In this document: piece by piece, positions 10,955 to 23,335 of the stretch
Numbering within the stretch: the first letter of the stretch is position 1
Layout: every line of letters starts with the position of its first letter
Assembly (NCBI GenBank): GCA_016748015.1
Contig: JAAOMT010000441.1
Location: 449,128 to 513,127 of the forward strand
Source of the DNA: Geosiphon pyriformis uo1
Lineage: Eukaryota > Fungi > Glomeromycota
Length of the DNA stretch: 64,000 nucleotides
Reading direction: 5' to 3'
The notes under the pieces: model-generated
The model's database searches: none
The model's input: the letters and a program-made list of their open reading frames with translations, nothing else
Told to the model about the DNA's origin: nothing
Program-made: the position numbers and the translations under genes

Positions 10955-11682
10955 CTGTTCAAACAAGCATTCAGAAGACCATCCAGCCCAATAGACATCA
11001 AGACAGCCAAGTGATCTGTGTCAAAAAATTCTGAGACAAAACCAACATCATGATTTACAACAGCTGAAATCAAAGAGTCACTAACTAGAATATAGTCCAA
11101 AACCTTGCTAATGCCTCTTGAATTGCTCCAAGTAGGAATCCTAGCTAGAGAATGGCCACCAAAAACATTAACTAGACCCAAACCTAAGCATTTTCTAAGA
11201 CTCACCCTCTTGACTGAATTGTCTTTATTAAAGTCCCCACCCAAAACAACAAAAATACTTTTGTTAACAGTATCAGCAATGAATGAATTGATAACAAAAG
11301 CCTGAGCAAAATGGTCACCACCAGACACACAAGCATAAAGCCCAATGATAGACACAGAGAGCTTGTTCTTAAACAAAAGACAAATTGAAAGAACTTTGCC
11401 CTTTACCTCCTCAACTTTGAAAACATGACAAGCCAGAGAATCATTCACAAAAATGGCCACACCAGCCCCACAAAACCCAACATCCAGACCAAACATAAAA
11501 ACCCAAACACTCTCAAATTTTTTCATAATCCAAGGTTGTGAACTGGAACACAACTTGGTTTCTGTAACAATCAAGATTGAACTACCAGATTCCTTATACC
11601 AATGAAAAATGTTCTTCTGTTTTGCAGGATTGTTCATTCCCCTAATATTACACATGGCAATTTTCCAAATAAAACTGGTCAT
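10955..11682 (-). pseudogene. LINE-A ORF2 N-terminal APE endonuclease
   Basis: MTSFIWKIAMCNIRGMN...VTETKL...GGDFN...TWSN...LDYI...TDH. ATG at 11682 overlaps the ORF1 stop. Confidence 0.92.
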
Positions 11683-13506
11683 TGTGACAAAGAGATAACC
11701 AAAGAACCTGAGCCAGCACACAACTGATCCAACTTAGCCAAAATCAAACCAACAGAGATGTTGAGGGCAACCAACTTCAACTCTAGACCACCAACTTTGG
11801 AAGTCAAGACTTTGGAACTACTCAGACCCAAGAGCAGATCAGTAACACCCAGAGAGAAAGAAGTAGGCTGAACAAAAAGATCATCAACTGCCATGTCAAA
11901 ATCCAAGTCGGAGTTTGTAACCACAAGAAAAACAGAGGTTGGAGACTGAGAAACAACCACAGAAGGAACCATTTGAGAGGAGGGTGCCAAGAGTGCCAAA
12001 CCAATATTGTCAAGACGAGAAAGAATGTTCAAAATTTGATCAGACAGAAGCCCTACAGAGCATTCTAAAAGCGCTAAGCGAACACTCAAAGGAGAATTGA
12101 CCACAGATATAGAGGGAGGTGCCTCACCTGAACTTAAAGTACTGGAAGGCGGGGAACCGGAACCAGAACCAGCATGAAAACCATGAGAGACTAAAGCAAC
12201 TGAGACCACTTGAGCCCAAGATTTGCCACCAAAGGCAACAGGACGAGAGATTAGTACATTTTTCTTTACATACAATTTGGCCAGCTGGAAATAAGTATCT
12301 AGGTTGGCAGGTCTTATAAAAAACTTTGAAGATTTAAGAGCTGATGCAACCTCAGCATCACATTTCAAGGCAGAATGACCGAACTTCCCACACTATTCAC
12401 AGTAAACCAAATTCAGCCTAGCCCATGAGAGTTTTACACCACCAAAAATTGGCTCCGTACGAAAAGCTAACTCCAAAACCTCATCAGAATCAAAACAAAC
12501 AACAGCACAGCAGACCCTATTACCAGTCTCTAATAACCAATTTATGACACAAGTCTTTTCACCAGCCCCTTCAAGAAGATCCCCAAAATCATGAGCAGTA
12601 GTTCCTACTGGCAAAATAAACAAAAGCGCCCTGAACTGATTTCTAGATGCCCAAGTTTCATGATAGCCCACCGCCATAGCCACACGAACCAAATCTTTAC
12701 CAATCAGGAAGGACCACCTAGCAGCCAAAAACACAGCCTGTTCCAGTTCAGCAAATTCCACCACAGCCTTTTGCCATAAACCAATTAACTGGATTTTAAT
12801 CGACTTAATTTTTCCAAACTCGGATACTGTGGCGATAATCATTTCCTTGATTACTACGGCCTGATCTGAGTAAATTCTTTGTCTTTTAAGATCACTGTTT
12901 ACTATGATGTTATTTTCTCTGGCCAATAACACGGCCTTTTCCATGCTTTCTGACAAAGTAAACATTGATTTGATGATCCCTTCAAATTTTAAGGAAGTAG
13001 TGGCCCCCCCAAAACCATTGATTTCTGAAAATAATTTCCTTATGACCTAAGTTTTAGCTGTTGCCGATTTCCCTTCTACAGCCAAAAGATTGATATTCAA
13101 AGCAAAAGATTTCTTCACAGCTACTTCCACCAGAGTTTTAACAATTTTGGGGTCCACTCACATCTTTTCTAAAGAGAAAGACAAATGGAAAGAAAGAGAA
13201 ACTTCCTTCTCATCATCTATGTCATAATTAATAGAGCCAAAAAGGGAACTGATAGCCACACCAGTATTAAAACACTTTGCATTAGGTGTATTCATTTGGG
13301 AGTCAGAAGTGGCTCTACTATCAAAGTCTTCTCCATCCGTATCCATGCTAGTAAGTTGCCCATTCACACTAACAGGCCCACTATCTTTAAGATTCTTATC
13401 CGCACTTGAAAGTTTAAGGCTTTTTGACTTTTTGAGTTAAACCACCACCAATTGAACTAGTGGTCAAGACTCTGGCAGACCTTCTCTTAGCACTAGGACC
13501 ACTCAT
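11679..13506 (-). pseudogene. LINE-A ORF1 (RRM-like, zinc knuckle, C-terminal coiled region); 5' limit approximate
   Basis: VSEFGKIKSIKIQLIGLWQKAVVEF, CExCGKFGHSALKC and RPVAFGGKSWAQV, homologous to ORF1 at 45832-47790. Confidence 0.85.
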
Positions 13507-14069
13507 AGTGGTAGCTGGTCTAACAACAAAAGGGTTTGATTCTTGTGAAATAGTGGAAGACAGTATGCAAAAACAGAAAAAAACTTCTTTCAAAATTTGA
13601 CTTTTTTTCAGAAATTTGGAATGAAGGAAAGAAAAAAGTTTTTTCTTTAATTTTATTATAAAAATTTAGTTTTATTTTTTTATTTTTAAAGTAAACTTTT
13701 TAACTTGATTTTAATATAAAGTTTTTATTTTAAAAAAATATATAAAAATTTTTACTAATATAAAATTAATATATATAATAAATAATTTATAAATTTTTTA
13801 GTTAGTATTAACTTTTGGCTTTATATATATAAAAAATAACAATAAAGCGAATATAAATACAAAATTTGTAAACAATATTATAAAAAATTGTTTATTAAAA
13901 AAAATATTAATATATTAATTAAAATAATATAAACAATAAAACAAAAAAAATTGATCTACTATGATGTATATTATCTTAACTTACACATTTTTTACAAAAG
14001 TGCCAATTTTTTTTAAGCTGTTTTATATAATCTAATAAAGTAATTTACAAGTAATATGTAGACATATAT

Positions 14070-14701
14070 ACACATATACAGCAATATTCTATTTGGTCAA
14101 AATTTGTTTTATAATATTCACTAAATATAGACATATACTAATATTATATCAATATTTACTTTTTATTTAAAGATATTATAATTTGTTTAACTAATAGCTA
14201 ATATATACATATATACATATATACACATATATACAGTTTAAGATATTGCTAATATTAATGATATTTTAAGTAACAAATGATTATTATTTGGCCAAAATTT
14301 GTTCTATAATATCTGCTAAATATAAGCATGTACTAATATTATATTAATGTCTACTTTTTATTCAAAAATATTATAATTTGTTTATCTAATAGCAAGAATA
14401 CATACATATATATATACAGTTAAAGGTACTGCTGATATTAATAATATTTTAAATAACAAGTGGTTGTTGTTTGGTTAAAAGTTATTATATTATATTAATC
14501 AAACATAGATATATACTAATATTATATTAATGCATACATTTTATTCAAAAATATTATAACTTGTTTATCTAATAGCAAGAATATACACACACATATATAT
14601 ATAGCCAAAAATGCTATTAATATTAGTAATATTTTAAATAACAAGTAGTTGCTATTTGGCTAAAATTTGTTATATTGTATTAATCAGATATAAGTATATG
14701 C
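14070..14701. repeat. ~185-195 bp tandem repeat (about 4 units; the 4th continues at 24290)
   Basis: Anchor CTAATATTATAT recurs at 14138, 14333, 14516 and across 14701/24290. Length variation lies in an (AT)/(AC) tract. Confidence 0.85.
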
Positions 14702-15683
14702 TGTTACCAGACAAAATTAGAGATATTATTTAGCATAAAATTATCTTATAATTCCTATCATTAATTAGCATATATTATCATTTCAAATGATCACTTATTA
14801 TATTAGCAAAAATGTCTGAAATTATCATTTAATTAATAACCCAAATTGTATACAACACAAATATAACCTAATTGCGATGATCAATCATGCAATACCCCAA
14901 ACTATGTAACATTCAAAAGTTTGCCGAAATTTATAGAAATTCACCGAAATAATTGATAGTTCACCGAAATATCTAATAGTTTGCAGAAATAACTTGTAGT
15001 TTGCCAAAATGTATCTTCAGTTCAGCAAAATTGTAGAAAATAGCAAAGTTCAAGTTTATAGAATAGTGTTATAACAAGTTGTATAAAAGAAGAGCTTCTC
15101 TCTTCGAGAAAATGTATCTTACTTTAGATTTATCTCTTAAAACCGTTCTTATACACACAAAAAAAAATAAATATCAAATAATTCGAAAAACCAAATTCTT
15201 TAATTATTGTACTTGGAAAATCCCCAAAACCCAACTAACATTTCGAAATTGATTAGCTACCAATTTCAGTAAACTGTTAGTGACTCCAGGCCTAGATAGA
15301 AAACGTTTTCCTTGATAAAATCCTATTTCTTTTACACTTCTTTTATTTTTCTTTTCTTTTCTTATTACAATCATTAGGGTAGCCTACAGATGAGATTCCT
15401 GTAGAAGAGTTGACTTTCACAGCAAAGTAACTACACATTTTTAGTGAGCTTCCAGATGAGCAATTCCTGGGAAAGAGTTGACATTTACTACAACATAACT
15501 ACATAAAGTAACTGGCAAGGAATTGGCCATTCCACACATAAGCCCAGCAAATTCAAATTATAGGAGATAATTTGAAGATAAATTCAGTTACTGGAAGTTC
15601 AACCACATCCAAAAAACGTGAATTCACAGTAAATAAGTATTAACAACATTACAGAAAAGAGACCAAAAAAACCTCTGATAATA
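14702..15683 (+). repeat. 5' LTR of copy 2
   Basis: TGTTACCAGA...TCTGATAATA (transition-mutated end). Confidence 0.95.
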
Positions 15684-15730
15684 TTTGGTGCTCTTCTACA
15701 GAAACAACACAGCAAAAAAACAACTTCAAA

Positions 15731-18700
15731 GTGGTGATCACACCAGACACAACAACTTTAGTGTATTACCAATCAATTTACACCCACTGCAAGCAAAGAT
15801 TCAACATTCCAGACAGAATTGAAGTTGTCAAGAAATCAGTATACCAATACATTGAAAACCACATTAACAATTATCTTTTTGGAAATTACAATATCTCAGA
15901 AGTTAGAAGCAACCTTTACAATAATTTAGCACACTATTTACAGTTGGGAACTAAAGACCTTAATAGTGAAACACTTGCCACTTACTTTCACAAACTTAAG
16001 TTTAACATTATCAAATACTGTGAAGAAACATATCCAATGCAGTCTCAATACACTATTGATTTTGAATCAGAAACAGAAACAAGCAACAAAGGCAAAAACA
16101 AATTAAAGCAATATTCAAGAACCACCCCAAATACTTCAACACTACCAAAAACAACTGCCAAACATTTACAAACACCTGAACAAGGAACCAGCTCAAAACT
16201 TCTACTTACTATTACATCTTTTCCAGCTTCACTTGCACAAACACAAACACCTAATTCACTCTTAAATCGATTTGCAAGACCAGAAGATTTTACATCACTC
16301 AGAAGTCCCACCAGACAACAAGAATCCCTTCAAACTAGTTTCAATCTCCTTGATTTTCTAGCTGAAAATCAAAGTGAACACTCTGAGACAGCAGCAAATG
16401 AAGAAAACAACTCTGAAATAACTGAAGAAGAATCAATAAACAGTGAAAATGAAGAAGACGAAATGACAACATACATCGTAAAAATTCCTGAATTCAATGG
16501 AGAAGATATTGAGACCAGTCCCCAAGAATGGCTCAACCAAGTTACTAAAGCTGGAGATGCAAATGGATGGAATGCTGCCAGAATGTTAAGAACAATACCC
16601 TACTTTTTTAAAGGAACAGCAAGAAAATGGTTTGAAAATCTTGCTGCCCCATTCAATGATTGGAATGCTTTCAAAGCAGTCTTCCTTGAACAGTTCATTG
16701 ACAATAATACTTCCATCACTTTTCGCAATCATTTTCGAAATATCAAACAAGAACCCTCCGAATCTGTTATGACTTATATTGGAAAATTCAACAAACTTCT
16801 CAGATGGATTCGCCAACTCGAGACAAACAATTATTATTCTGATGCTCAAATTTTGGATCAATTTATCACTGATCTAAAAGATAAACTAATTAAAAAGGTT
16901 CGCCCACACGCGCCAAAAGATTTAAACTCTGCCATACAGCATGCAAAAAGATATGAAATGGCCATGAAAAAAGCCAATCGTACAAAACTTGTAAATTTGG
17001 CAATTGGAGAAACCAGCTCAGCAGCTGAGAAAAAAATTGACCAACTCACAAAGAAGGTCGAAAACTATTTTACCAACCAACAACAACAACAACCCCAAAG
17101 ATATCAACCACCCCAAAGACAAAATCAAAATAACTTTGCACCACTTTCCAATAACCAGCCCCAGAATTGCCATTACTGTGAAATCTCTGGCCACTGGAAA
17201 AGAGATTGCAGAAAGCTGCAATGAAACCAACAAAATAGAGATAATCAATATTACTCTCCACCACAGCAATCTTATTATCAATCATTACCACCAGCTTACT
17301 ATTCACCAAGACCCCAATACCAAAATAACTATTATCAGCCCATCCCACAACCAATCCAACAGCAATACCAATAACCACCCACTCAACATTATCAAGTACC
17401 TACTCGAAGACTGATTACACAAAATCAATTTACACCACAAAACTGATACCAAGTAAACAACAGTAGAATCAGTTTGAACAACCAATTAGTTCCCCGAAAT
17501 ACCACTTAAACAAGACCCAACCATTACTACACTCAACCCAGTTATTTAACAATGCTGGAAAAACAGGATTTTCACCATACTGCACTCTCGGAAGGTAGAG
17601 CTGCAGCACAACAACAATGAAACCTTTCTCATAACCACACCACTATTCTACCAGCCTGAATTGCTGAAAATGCCAATCTCTCTAATATCTTTTCTTTTGA
17701 ATTTGAAGCAAATGAATCACCATTCTTGCTTAGCAATGCAGCGGCTAATGAGCAAAAAGTCATCACTGCAATGTACACAGAAGCTGAAATAAAAGAAAAG
17801 CCAATTCGCTTGATTCTAGACAGTGGATCTGCTGGAAGCATTATTACCTACCAGTTAATGCAACAGTTGAAAAAAAATGTTGACTGACCAGCTCAAACAG
17901 TAATTGTCACTGCCGATGGCATGAAAAAGACCCCAGTAGGAGAAATTGACAATTTTCTATTTACTTTTGATGGAATCACCATTCCAGTCAAAGTTCTTGT
18001 AATGAACACACTCCAGTACCAAGCTCTTGTCGGAAATGATTGGCTTCAAAAAGCCAATGCTAATCTGAATTGGGAAACACAAGAGTTAACAATCTCCTAC
18101 CAAGGACAACACGCCTGGGTATCTGCCATTTGTGGTACATTCAACAAACGCTCTAAAAAAGCCCCAGCTTTTGAATTTGAACCAGAAAAAGAAAAACCAA
18201 TAATCGAAACATTCATGGCTCTTGGATCAACGTCCAACTGGGCCGATGAAACAGAACAAGAATATTTTACCCCACACACTAAACCTGAAACCTCTGGATG
18301 GAATATACCTTACTCAAAACCCAAACCAAGGAAACAACGCCCCTATATTCCCCTTAAATGTAAGGACTGTCACAAAAAACTATCATCAATGGGAGCCTGC
18401 ATTTTGCCTGAAGAAGAATATGAGAATCATATTTGTTATTACTGCAAGGCTTGCCACAGAGAGCGATGGGGCCATCTAATAAAAAGGAGCGGAAAATGGG
18501 ACAACACCCTTTGTTTGACTTGTGAAGATATGCTACCAGAAGAATGCAATTGGATTAATGTAGCAATGAGAGGAGGCGTCTGTGATCAGACTTGCCAATA
18601 TGCTTTATCAATTTCAGAAAAAGTAAAAAGAGGAACACCCTTTAATATAGCATATAATAGTGCTCTCAACAAACTTTATCACTACCCTCATGATGCCGAG

Positions 18701-21066
18701 ATGATTTTCGACTTAGCAATGGCATTAATTAATGGAGCTACCAAAAAAGATGTTCATCAAATGAAGGAAGCAGAATACATTGAATACACTATGGAATTAG
18801 CTGGATTCAATTACGAAGATGAAGTAGAAGTCTACCACCAAATTGCAAGTCACACCTACCCAACTCAAGAAGCTCAAATTCAATGATTAGAGCAAATGAA
18901 CATTAGGCTATGTGAAGAATGCATTATGCCTTGCAATAAACAATGGTGTTCTGAATGCTATGCTCTTAGTATCCCTTTGCCCAGCGAAAATGATGAGAAT
19001 GAAATTGAATTCAGAGAACCTGAAGAAATGGAAGAAATTGAAACAACACCCATCTACCTTATTGAAAATCAGCCTGCCTTACAACTTAAATACTTCAACA
19101 ACAACGGACAAGGAATAAAACCTGAAAAAACACACGAAATTGATGCTGAATATGACCTAAGATATTCAGGCAAGGATACTCTTGTTCTCAAACCCAAATC
19201 TCTCACAAAAATTAACCTCAAAATTGCATTCGAAATCCTGCCAGGAGCAATGATTCAAATTGCCTCCCAGTCCTCTCTGGCAAGCAAAGAAATCAATGTT
19301 AGAGGAGGAATAATTGATGCTGGATATACTGGAGACATAACAGTGATGCTTCAAAATGAAACTGACAAACCATTCAAGATCAAACATGCTGAGAAAATTG
19401 CCCAAGCTATTTACCTATCCTTAATCAACATTTCGGGTTTGCAACTAGTCAATCAAAGAGAACAATTAGGAAAAAGCGATAGAGGAACCCAAGATTTTGG
19501 TTCAACTGGACGATTCACAGTTCCAGTTAATATAGCTCTTAACACACAGAACAAATCCCACCAGATTCTCAGACTTTCACAACCAATTACCATCTCACCC
19601 TTTGGAGAACATCCGGAAATCTACACTTGCACAAAGCCAACAACCACACAACAAATTTTTGAGTCCAATGAACAAGTCTGCTTGGAACATAATATTTTGA
19701 TCCCAAACATTTATATTCCAGAAGGAACAAAGAAAGTCCAAGTTACTTTTTACAACCCCAATAATTACCCCATAATTTTATTAAATAATTTAGANNNNNN
19801 NNNNNNNNNNNNNNNNNNNNNNNNNNNNNNNNNNNNNNNNNNNNNNNNNNNNNNNNNNNNNNNNNNNNNNNNNNNNNNNNNNNNNNNNNNNNNNNNNNNN
19901 NNNNNNNNNNNNNNNNNNNNNNNNNNNNNNNNNNNNNNNNNNNNNNNNNNNNNNNNNNNNNNNNNNNNNNNNNNNNNNNNNNNNNNNNNNNNNNNNNNNN
20001 NNNNNNNNNNNNNNNNNNNNNNNNNNNNNNNNNNNNNNNNNNNNNNNNNNNNNNNNNNNNNNNNNNNNNNNNNNNNNNNNNNNNNNNNNNNNNNNNNNNN
20101 NNNNNNNNNNNNNNNNNNNNNNNNNNNNNNNNNNNNNNNNNNNNNNNNNNNNNNNNNNNNNNNNNNNNNNNNNNNNNNNNNNNNNNNNNNNNNNNNNNNN
20201 NNNNNNNNNNNNNNNNNNNNNNNNNNNNNNNNNNNNNNNNNNNNNNNNNNNNNNNNNNNNNNNNNNNNNNNNNNNNNNNNNNNNNNNNNNNNNNNNNNNN
20301 NNNNNNNNNNNNNNNNNNNNNNNNNNNNNNNNNNNNNNNNNNNNNNNNNNNNNNNNNNNNNNNNNNNNGCTACTTCAGAAAAACAAGTTTAGCTTTTCTT
20401 GGTCACATTGTTAGCAAAGATGGAATTAAACCAGACCCCGGAAAAATCAGTACTGTCAAGAACTTCAAGACTTCACAAAATACCACAGAATTAAGAAGAT
20501 TTATTGGATTAGCATCCTATTACCGAAAATTCATCAAAAGATTCTCAGAAATTGCAAAACCCCTCAACCAGCTCACTACTAAAAATGTCGAATACAAATG
20601 GACAGAAGAACACCAAAATGCCTTCGAGATACTTAAGGAAAAACTCACAACAGCTCCAATTCTTGCCTATCCAGATTTCAGCAACTGATTCCAGTTAGCA
20701 ACTGACACCTTTTATACTGCATTTGGTGTCATTCTATTATAGTTAGATGACAATGGAAATGAGCGAATAATTGCTTATGCTAGTAGAACATTAAAGTCAG
20801 CCGAAAAGAACTACCCCGCAACAGAATTAGAAACCACAACAGTAATTTGGGCCCTACATCACTTCAACCTTTACCTCAGACCCAAAGAATTTGATATTAT
20901 CACTGATAATATTGGACTTAAATGGCTTCAAAACAAAAACACCCAGCTAAATACAAAACAAACCTGATGAACAGGATTTTTAGCTAATTACCAATACATC
21001 ATACACTACAAACCAGGAAAACTCCACACCAACGTTGATTGTCTCTCAAGGATGAGGCAAGATTAA
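15731..21066 (+). pseudogene. gag-PR-Cys-rich-dUTPase-RT-RNase H polyprotein of copy 2
   Basis: ORFs 15731, 17921 and 18896 share one frame. Motifs CHYCEISGHWKRDC, ILDSGSA, GGIIDAGYTGDI, KIAQAI; RH ends SRMRQD-TAA at 21064-21066. Confidence 0.92.
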
Positions 21067-21115
21067 AAAACAAAACCAACACCCATTTGAATTAACAGCA
21101 TCAAAACAACAAACA

Positions 21116-22501
21116 ATGAACCCCGAAAACTACAACAATTTCAAACAATATTTGAAGACATTAACAATCCCAACAGATTGGTTCCCAGATAAAAAACATT
21201 GGTTACAACAACAAGCCAAACAATATTTTCTACACAACAACATTATCTATCATCGAAATTTCAAAAACCCAACCAAACCACTCAGATTAATACAAAAACA
21301 AAAAAAAGAGACCATTTTATACAATATGCACTCAGATCCTTCATCAGCACACTTCGAAAAAGATAGCACTACCCAAAGAACACTAGAATACTACTTTTGG
21401 CCTTGAATGAAAAAAGACATTCACAAATATGTCGAATCTTGTGATAGTTGTCAAAGAAGAAAAGGAACTCGCCCTACAGAATCTTTAAATCCAATCAAAG
21501 TTGGACAGCCTTTTAACAGAGTTGGTATCAATTTAGTTGGACCACTATCTATTACCACTCAAGGAAACCGTTATATTGCAGTAGCTATAGATTATCTTAC
21601 TAAATGGCCTGAAGCCAGAGCCATTCAACGAGCAGATGCAAAATCAGTAGTAAATTTCATCTACGAAGACATCATTTGTAGACATAGATGTCCAATTGAA
21701 CTTTTATCTGATCAGGGAACACACTTTGTGAACAACCTGATACAAGAAATTTGTGAACAATTCAATGTCAAAAGACCTTTGTCTTCGCCCTACCATCCAC
21801 AAACAAATGGACTTGTAGAACATTTTAACAGAACATTGTGTGAGTCATTAGCCAAAGTCTCAACCGATTTTGAGCAAGAATGGGATCTCTTTATTCCATC
21901 AGTGTTACTAGCATATAGGACATTAAAACAAAATACCACGAAACACACACCATTTGATTTAACTTATGGAAGGATGGCAACATTACCAATTAGTTTCACA
22001 GTGGAAACATACCCAGCACAACCGATCGATAAAAACAATTTCCAAGAAATGCTTCAGCGAAGAGCCTATACTCTGCTTAGCACATTGAAAGGAAAACAAC
22101 AAATAGCAGCCACTCATATTGAACACTCTCAAGCTCAACAAAAAGAATGGCATGATGACAAATTGCTTTCAGTCACCAATAAATTCAAAATTAGAAACAA
22201 AGTTCTCTTATACAGAACTAAAGCTGAAAAACAATGGAGTGGAAAATTTGAAAATAAATGGGATGGACCATTCTTTATCCATGAAGTCCTAGGCAATGGA
22301 TCATATAAGCTAAGACTTGATGACAAAATCCTAGCAAAAGTTGCACATGGAGATCGTTTGAAACACTATCATTCCAGAAACAATCCTAAACCATTAATTC
22401 CACAAATTGGTACACATTCCTTTTTGATCAGTCCCGAAGATATTCCCTGAAACTTAGAACCAATAGTTGTCATTGAACAACCTTCCAATCTGAACACTTA
22501 A
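21116..22501 (+). pseudogene. Integrase of copy 2 (own ATG, ~461 codons, two internal TGA)
   Basis: MNPENYNNFKQYL...HSDPSSAH...CDSC...LLSDQG...PYHPQTNGLVE...WDGPFFI...LEPIVVIEQP. Confidence 0.92.
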
Positions 22502-22615
22502 TTTAATTTTACTAGTTATTCTCTTATAATTTAGAACAATCTCACAAAAACAAAACAAAAATAACATAAAAACCCATAAACCAAAAATAAATTTTTATTT
22601 TTTCAAGTGCTTATA

Positions 22616-23335
22616 ATGACTATTTCTTAAAACATTCAACAATTATCCCAAAAACTAATGTTAGCTTTAAAAACAATACACAAATTATTCATTACTGTTA
22701 CTGGAAACCACATAAATTATACCTAAACAGAAGTAGTTACAAATTTAGCCCCAAATTCATGAAAATATCACCCGTATAAAAAGAACACAAGAAGTTATAC
22801 TGGAATTCACCTGCCAGAACTTTTAAAGCTTGCTTTAAGAGAAAACCTAATGCTCACTCCGATTAGTATCCCACCAAATGCTACAAGTCAACAAAAACTT
22901 CAACTGTGTCTCAATGAAGAAAACACTGAATATCCTTCAATCTATAGATATTTTCACATTGGAAAAACACTCTACGAACGGAAACTGGAACTTACAACAG
23001 CAAACCTCACAAAAGAAGCTATTCAGAAACAACTCCACAACAAATTCAAGACAACAGCTGGATCAACAAACAGTCACTATAGGCTTAGAACTGCTCTTAG
23101 ACTTTATGACCTATTCCACACCTGTGAAAACGTACTACAAAACCCAATTTTTCAACCTTTGAAGATCCAATACATTGGAAAGCTTACAGAACTGAAATTT
23201 CAACAATTTTCAGACCAAATTTCTTCAATAATTTTGGATTATTATCTGGAAATAACAGACAGTACTTGGACTTCGACAGAGCTTAGTCTTGAGAAGGAAG
23301 TTATGTTACCAGACAAAATTAGAGATATTATTTAG
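22616..23335 (+). pseudogene. ORF3 of copy 2 (three premature stops)
   Basis: ATG at 22616; collinear with 9290-10009 without indels. Stops are TAA/TGA at codons that are CAA in copy 1. Confidence 0.85.

Noticed and set aside
2435-18279. Antisense ORFs shared by both Ty3 copies (e.g. 2435-2701 and 16045-16311)
   Set aside because: Short shadows of near-identical sense coding sequence with no recognisable motifs.
19795-20368. Long 498-aa ORF spanning X residues
   Set aside because: Assembly gap; the homologous region of copy 1 is the RT N-terminal half.
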